Below, piece by piece: positions 62,326 through 64,000 of a stretch of DNA of 64,000 bases (positions within the stretch are counted from its first letter, which is position 1; every line of letters starts with the position of its first letter). The translations under genes were made by a program, and so were the position numbers. The notes beneath the pieces were generated by a model. That model was not told the origin of the DNA and ran no database searches. It saw nothing but the letters and a program-made list of their open reading frames with translations. The stretch comes from Patescibacteria group bacterium (lineage in GTDB: Bacteria > Patescibacteriota > Patescibacteriia > Patescibacteriales > UBA12465), in assembly GCA_041651195.1 (NCBI GenBank), contig JBAZJR010000003.1, positions 12,662 through 76,661 on the forward strand. The letters are read 5' to 3'.

Positions 62326-64000
62326 ATAAAATAAGTTCCGGCGAGTTACGTCAAAAATATCTAGATTTCTTCGCCGCGCGCGGGCACATCGTGATCTCGA
62401 GCGCTTCTTTGGTGCCGGAAAACGATCCGACAGTCCTGTTTACGACGGCTGGCATGCATCCGCTCGTCCCTTATCTCTTAGGCGCCAAACATCCCGCCGG
62501 TCGCCGTTTGGCCAGCGCGCAGAAATGTATCCGCACTGGCGATATCGACGAGGTTGGCGATACGACCCACCATACTTTCTTCGAGATGATGGGGAATTGG
62601 TCGCTGGGCGATTATTTCAAAAAAGAATCGATTGCCCTGAGCTGGGAGTTTTTAACTAGCCCGGATTGGCTGAATCTAGATCAGAGCCGCCTGGCCGTTT
62701 CTGTTTTTGCCGGAGACGCGGATGCGCCTTTCGATCAGGAATCCTATGATCTCTGGCGCTCTCTCGGCTTGGCGGAAAACCGGATCGCGCGGCTGCCTAA
62801 GAAGAATAATTGGTGGGGGCCGGCAGGCTTGACCGGACCCTGTGGGCCGGATACGGAAATATTTTATTGGGCTGGCGCGCCGGATCAGGTGCCGGCCGGA
62901 TTTAATGATGATAACGACCTCTGGGTTGAAATCTGGAATAATGTCTTCATGGAATATAATAAGACTCCGGATGGCCAGTATGAACCGTTGAAACAGAAGA
63001 ATGTCGATACTGGTTTAGGTTTAGAGCGGGTTTTAGCCGTTATTAATGGCTTGGATGATAATTATCGATCTGACCTTTTTGTTCCGATCATACGTCGGCT
63101 GGAAGAATTGAGCGGGCATAAATATGGCGAATCGTCGGATATTACTCGATCGATGCGCATCGTCAGCGACCACTTGAAAGCCGCGACCTTCATCATCGGC
63201 GATGATAAGGGCATCAGCCCCTCTAATATCAATCAGGGCTATGTCGTGCGCCGCCTGATTCGTCGGGCGATCAGATACGGCCGGCGCCTGGATATCACGA
63301 AAGAAGCCTGGGTTGCGAACATCGCCCAAGCGGTGATCAGCACTTATCAAGAGGTTTACCCTGAGTTATCGCGCCGTCAAGACCTGATCATAGCGGAATT
63401 ATCCAGGGAAGAAGAAAAATTTAACCGGACACTGGAGAAGGGTTTATTAGAATTTAAGAAGTTGTCTGGCCGCGATATCGATGGCGTCGCCGCTTTTACC
63501 CTCTATCAGAGTTATGGTTTTCCTCTGGAAATTACTGAGGAGCTGGCCAAGGAAAATGGCGTCAGTGTTGATCGGGCCGGCTTTGAGGATGAATTAAAGA
63601 AGCACCAGGACCTTTCTCGCACCGCCGCGGCTGGCCGGTTCAAGGGCGGCCTAGCCGATGCCGGCGAAGAAACGACTAGATTGCACACCGCTGCCCATCT
63701 ACTTCTCGCCTCTCTGCGGCAGGTTTTAGGCGATCATGTCCTTCAAAAAGGCAGCAATATTACGCCGGAAAGATTACGTTTAGACTTTTCTCATCCCGCC
63801 AAGATGAGCCCGGAAGAGATCAAGGCCGTCGAGGATTTAGTTAATGGTGCTATCCGCGCGGATTACCCTGTGACTTGCGAAGAATTATCTCTGGCTGAAG
63901 CTAAGACGCGGGGAGCAATGGGCGTTTTTGACTCAAAATATGGAGAAAAAGTCACTGTTTATACGGTAGCGCCCTGTCAGACGGACGGCCGTCCGGATCT
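62326..64000 (+). CDS. alaS: alanine--tRNA ligase, N-terminal about 558 codons (3' end outside window)
   Basis: This gene is not in the ORF track because it has no stop in the window. I translated it myself from the ATG at 62326: [56 protein letters not shown]…KCIRTGDIDEVGDTTHHTFFEMMGNWSLGDYFK…TRLHTAAHLLLASLRQVLG (editing-domain HxxxH). Confidence 0.93.

Noticed and set aside
1-64000. Alternative genetic code (UGA=Gly, code 25), as used in some CPR lineages
   Set aside because: Several confidently identified genes end at TGA exactly where homologues end, for example the giant gene at 41561-41563 and ftsW at 56826-56828. Conserved proteins are not interrupted by in-frame TGA. The standard bacterial code fits.
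1-64000. tRNA, rRNA, CRISPR arrays, transposases, integrases and prophage blocks
   Set aside because: Intergenic spacers are at most about 190 nt, AT-rich and show no cloverleaf-like GC stems. I saw no regularly spaced direct repeats and no recombinase-like ORFs. The Bro-N gene is the only mobile-element-flavoured gene and it stands alone.

Overview
This 64-kb window looks like a streamlined, gene-dense bacterial chromosome segment. Intergenic gaps are very short, many start and stop codons overlap, and TGA is used as a stop, so the standard code applies. I infer a CPR/Patescibacteria (Parcubacteria-like) origin from three things: a reduced ProRS, repeat modules of the form GRILLQVE..AWYVNP..YYLGRPADAF, and mostly Shine-Dalgarno-less starts. 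All calls come from reading the ORF translations for family motifs; no database search was possible.

Layout:
- 1-6.9 kb (minus strand): surface-glycan operon with a Wzx-like flippase tail, four or five glycosyltransferases and a WbaP-like priming transferase.
- 7-18 kb (plus): two large secreted repeat proteins, then holB, a BNR-repeat lipoprotein, frr, rseP, hpf and secA.
- 18.2-23 kb: small accessory island with a Bro-N protein, Nudix, HIT, a 2-hydroxyacid dehydrogenase and two methyltransferases, one of them frameshifted.
- 23-37 kb: ileS, SPFH, NIF3-like, U32 peptidase, ruvA, a short proS, mreBCD, sugar-nucleotide genes and an orphan receiver domain.
- 37.5-42.9 kb: a 1355-aa secreted protein with 639-bp tandem repeats and an LCAT-like lipase domain. 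It is followed by a small membrane protein and then by a tandem 5'-truncated orphan copy of the C-terminal module plus a paralogous membrane protein.
- 43-49.8 kb: a second mreB, GT4, an S8 protease fused to FG-GAP repeats, a UXS-like gene and an isolated low-GC membrane protein gene.
- 49.8-54.1 kb (minus): a glycosylation operon headed by a degenerate GspE/PilB-like ATPase.
- 54.2-64 kb: mraY-ftsW-murG-murC-(ABC exporter)-murB-alaS.

I saw no rRNA, tRNA, CRISPR array, transposase or integrase. The most unusual locus is the lipase-bearing giant surface protein with its orphan C-terminal/membrane-partner cassette (about 36.9-42.9 kb).
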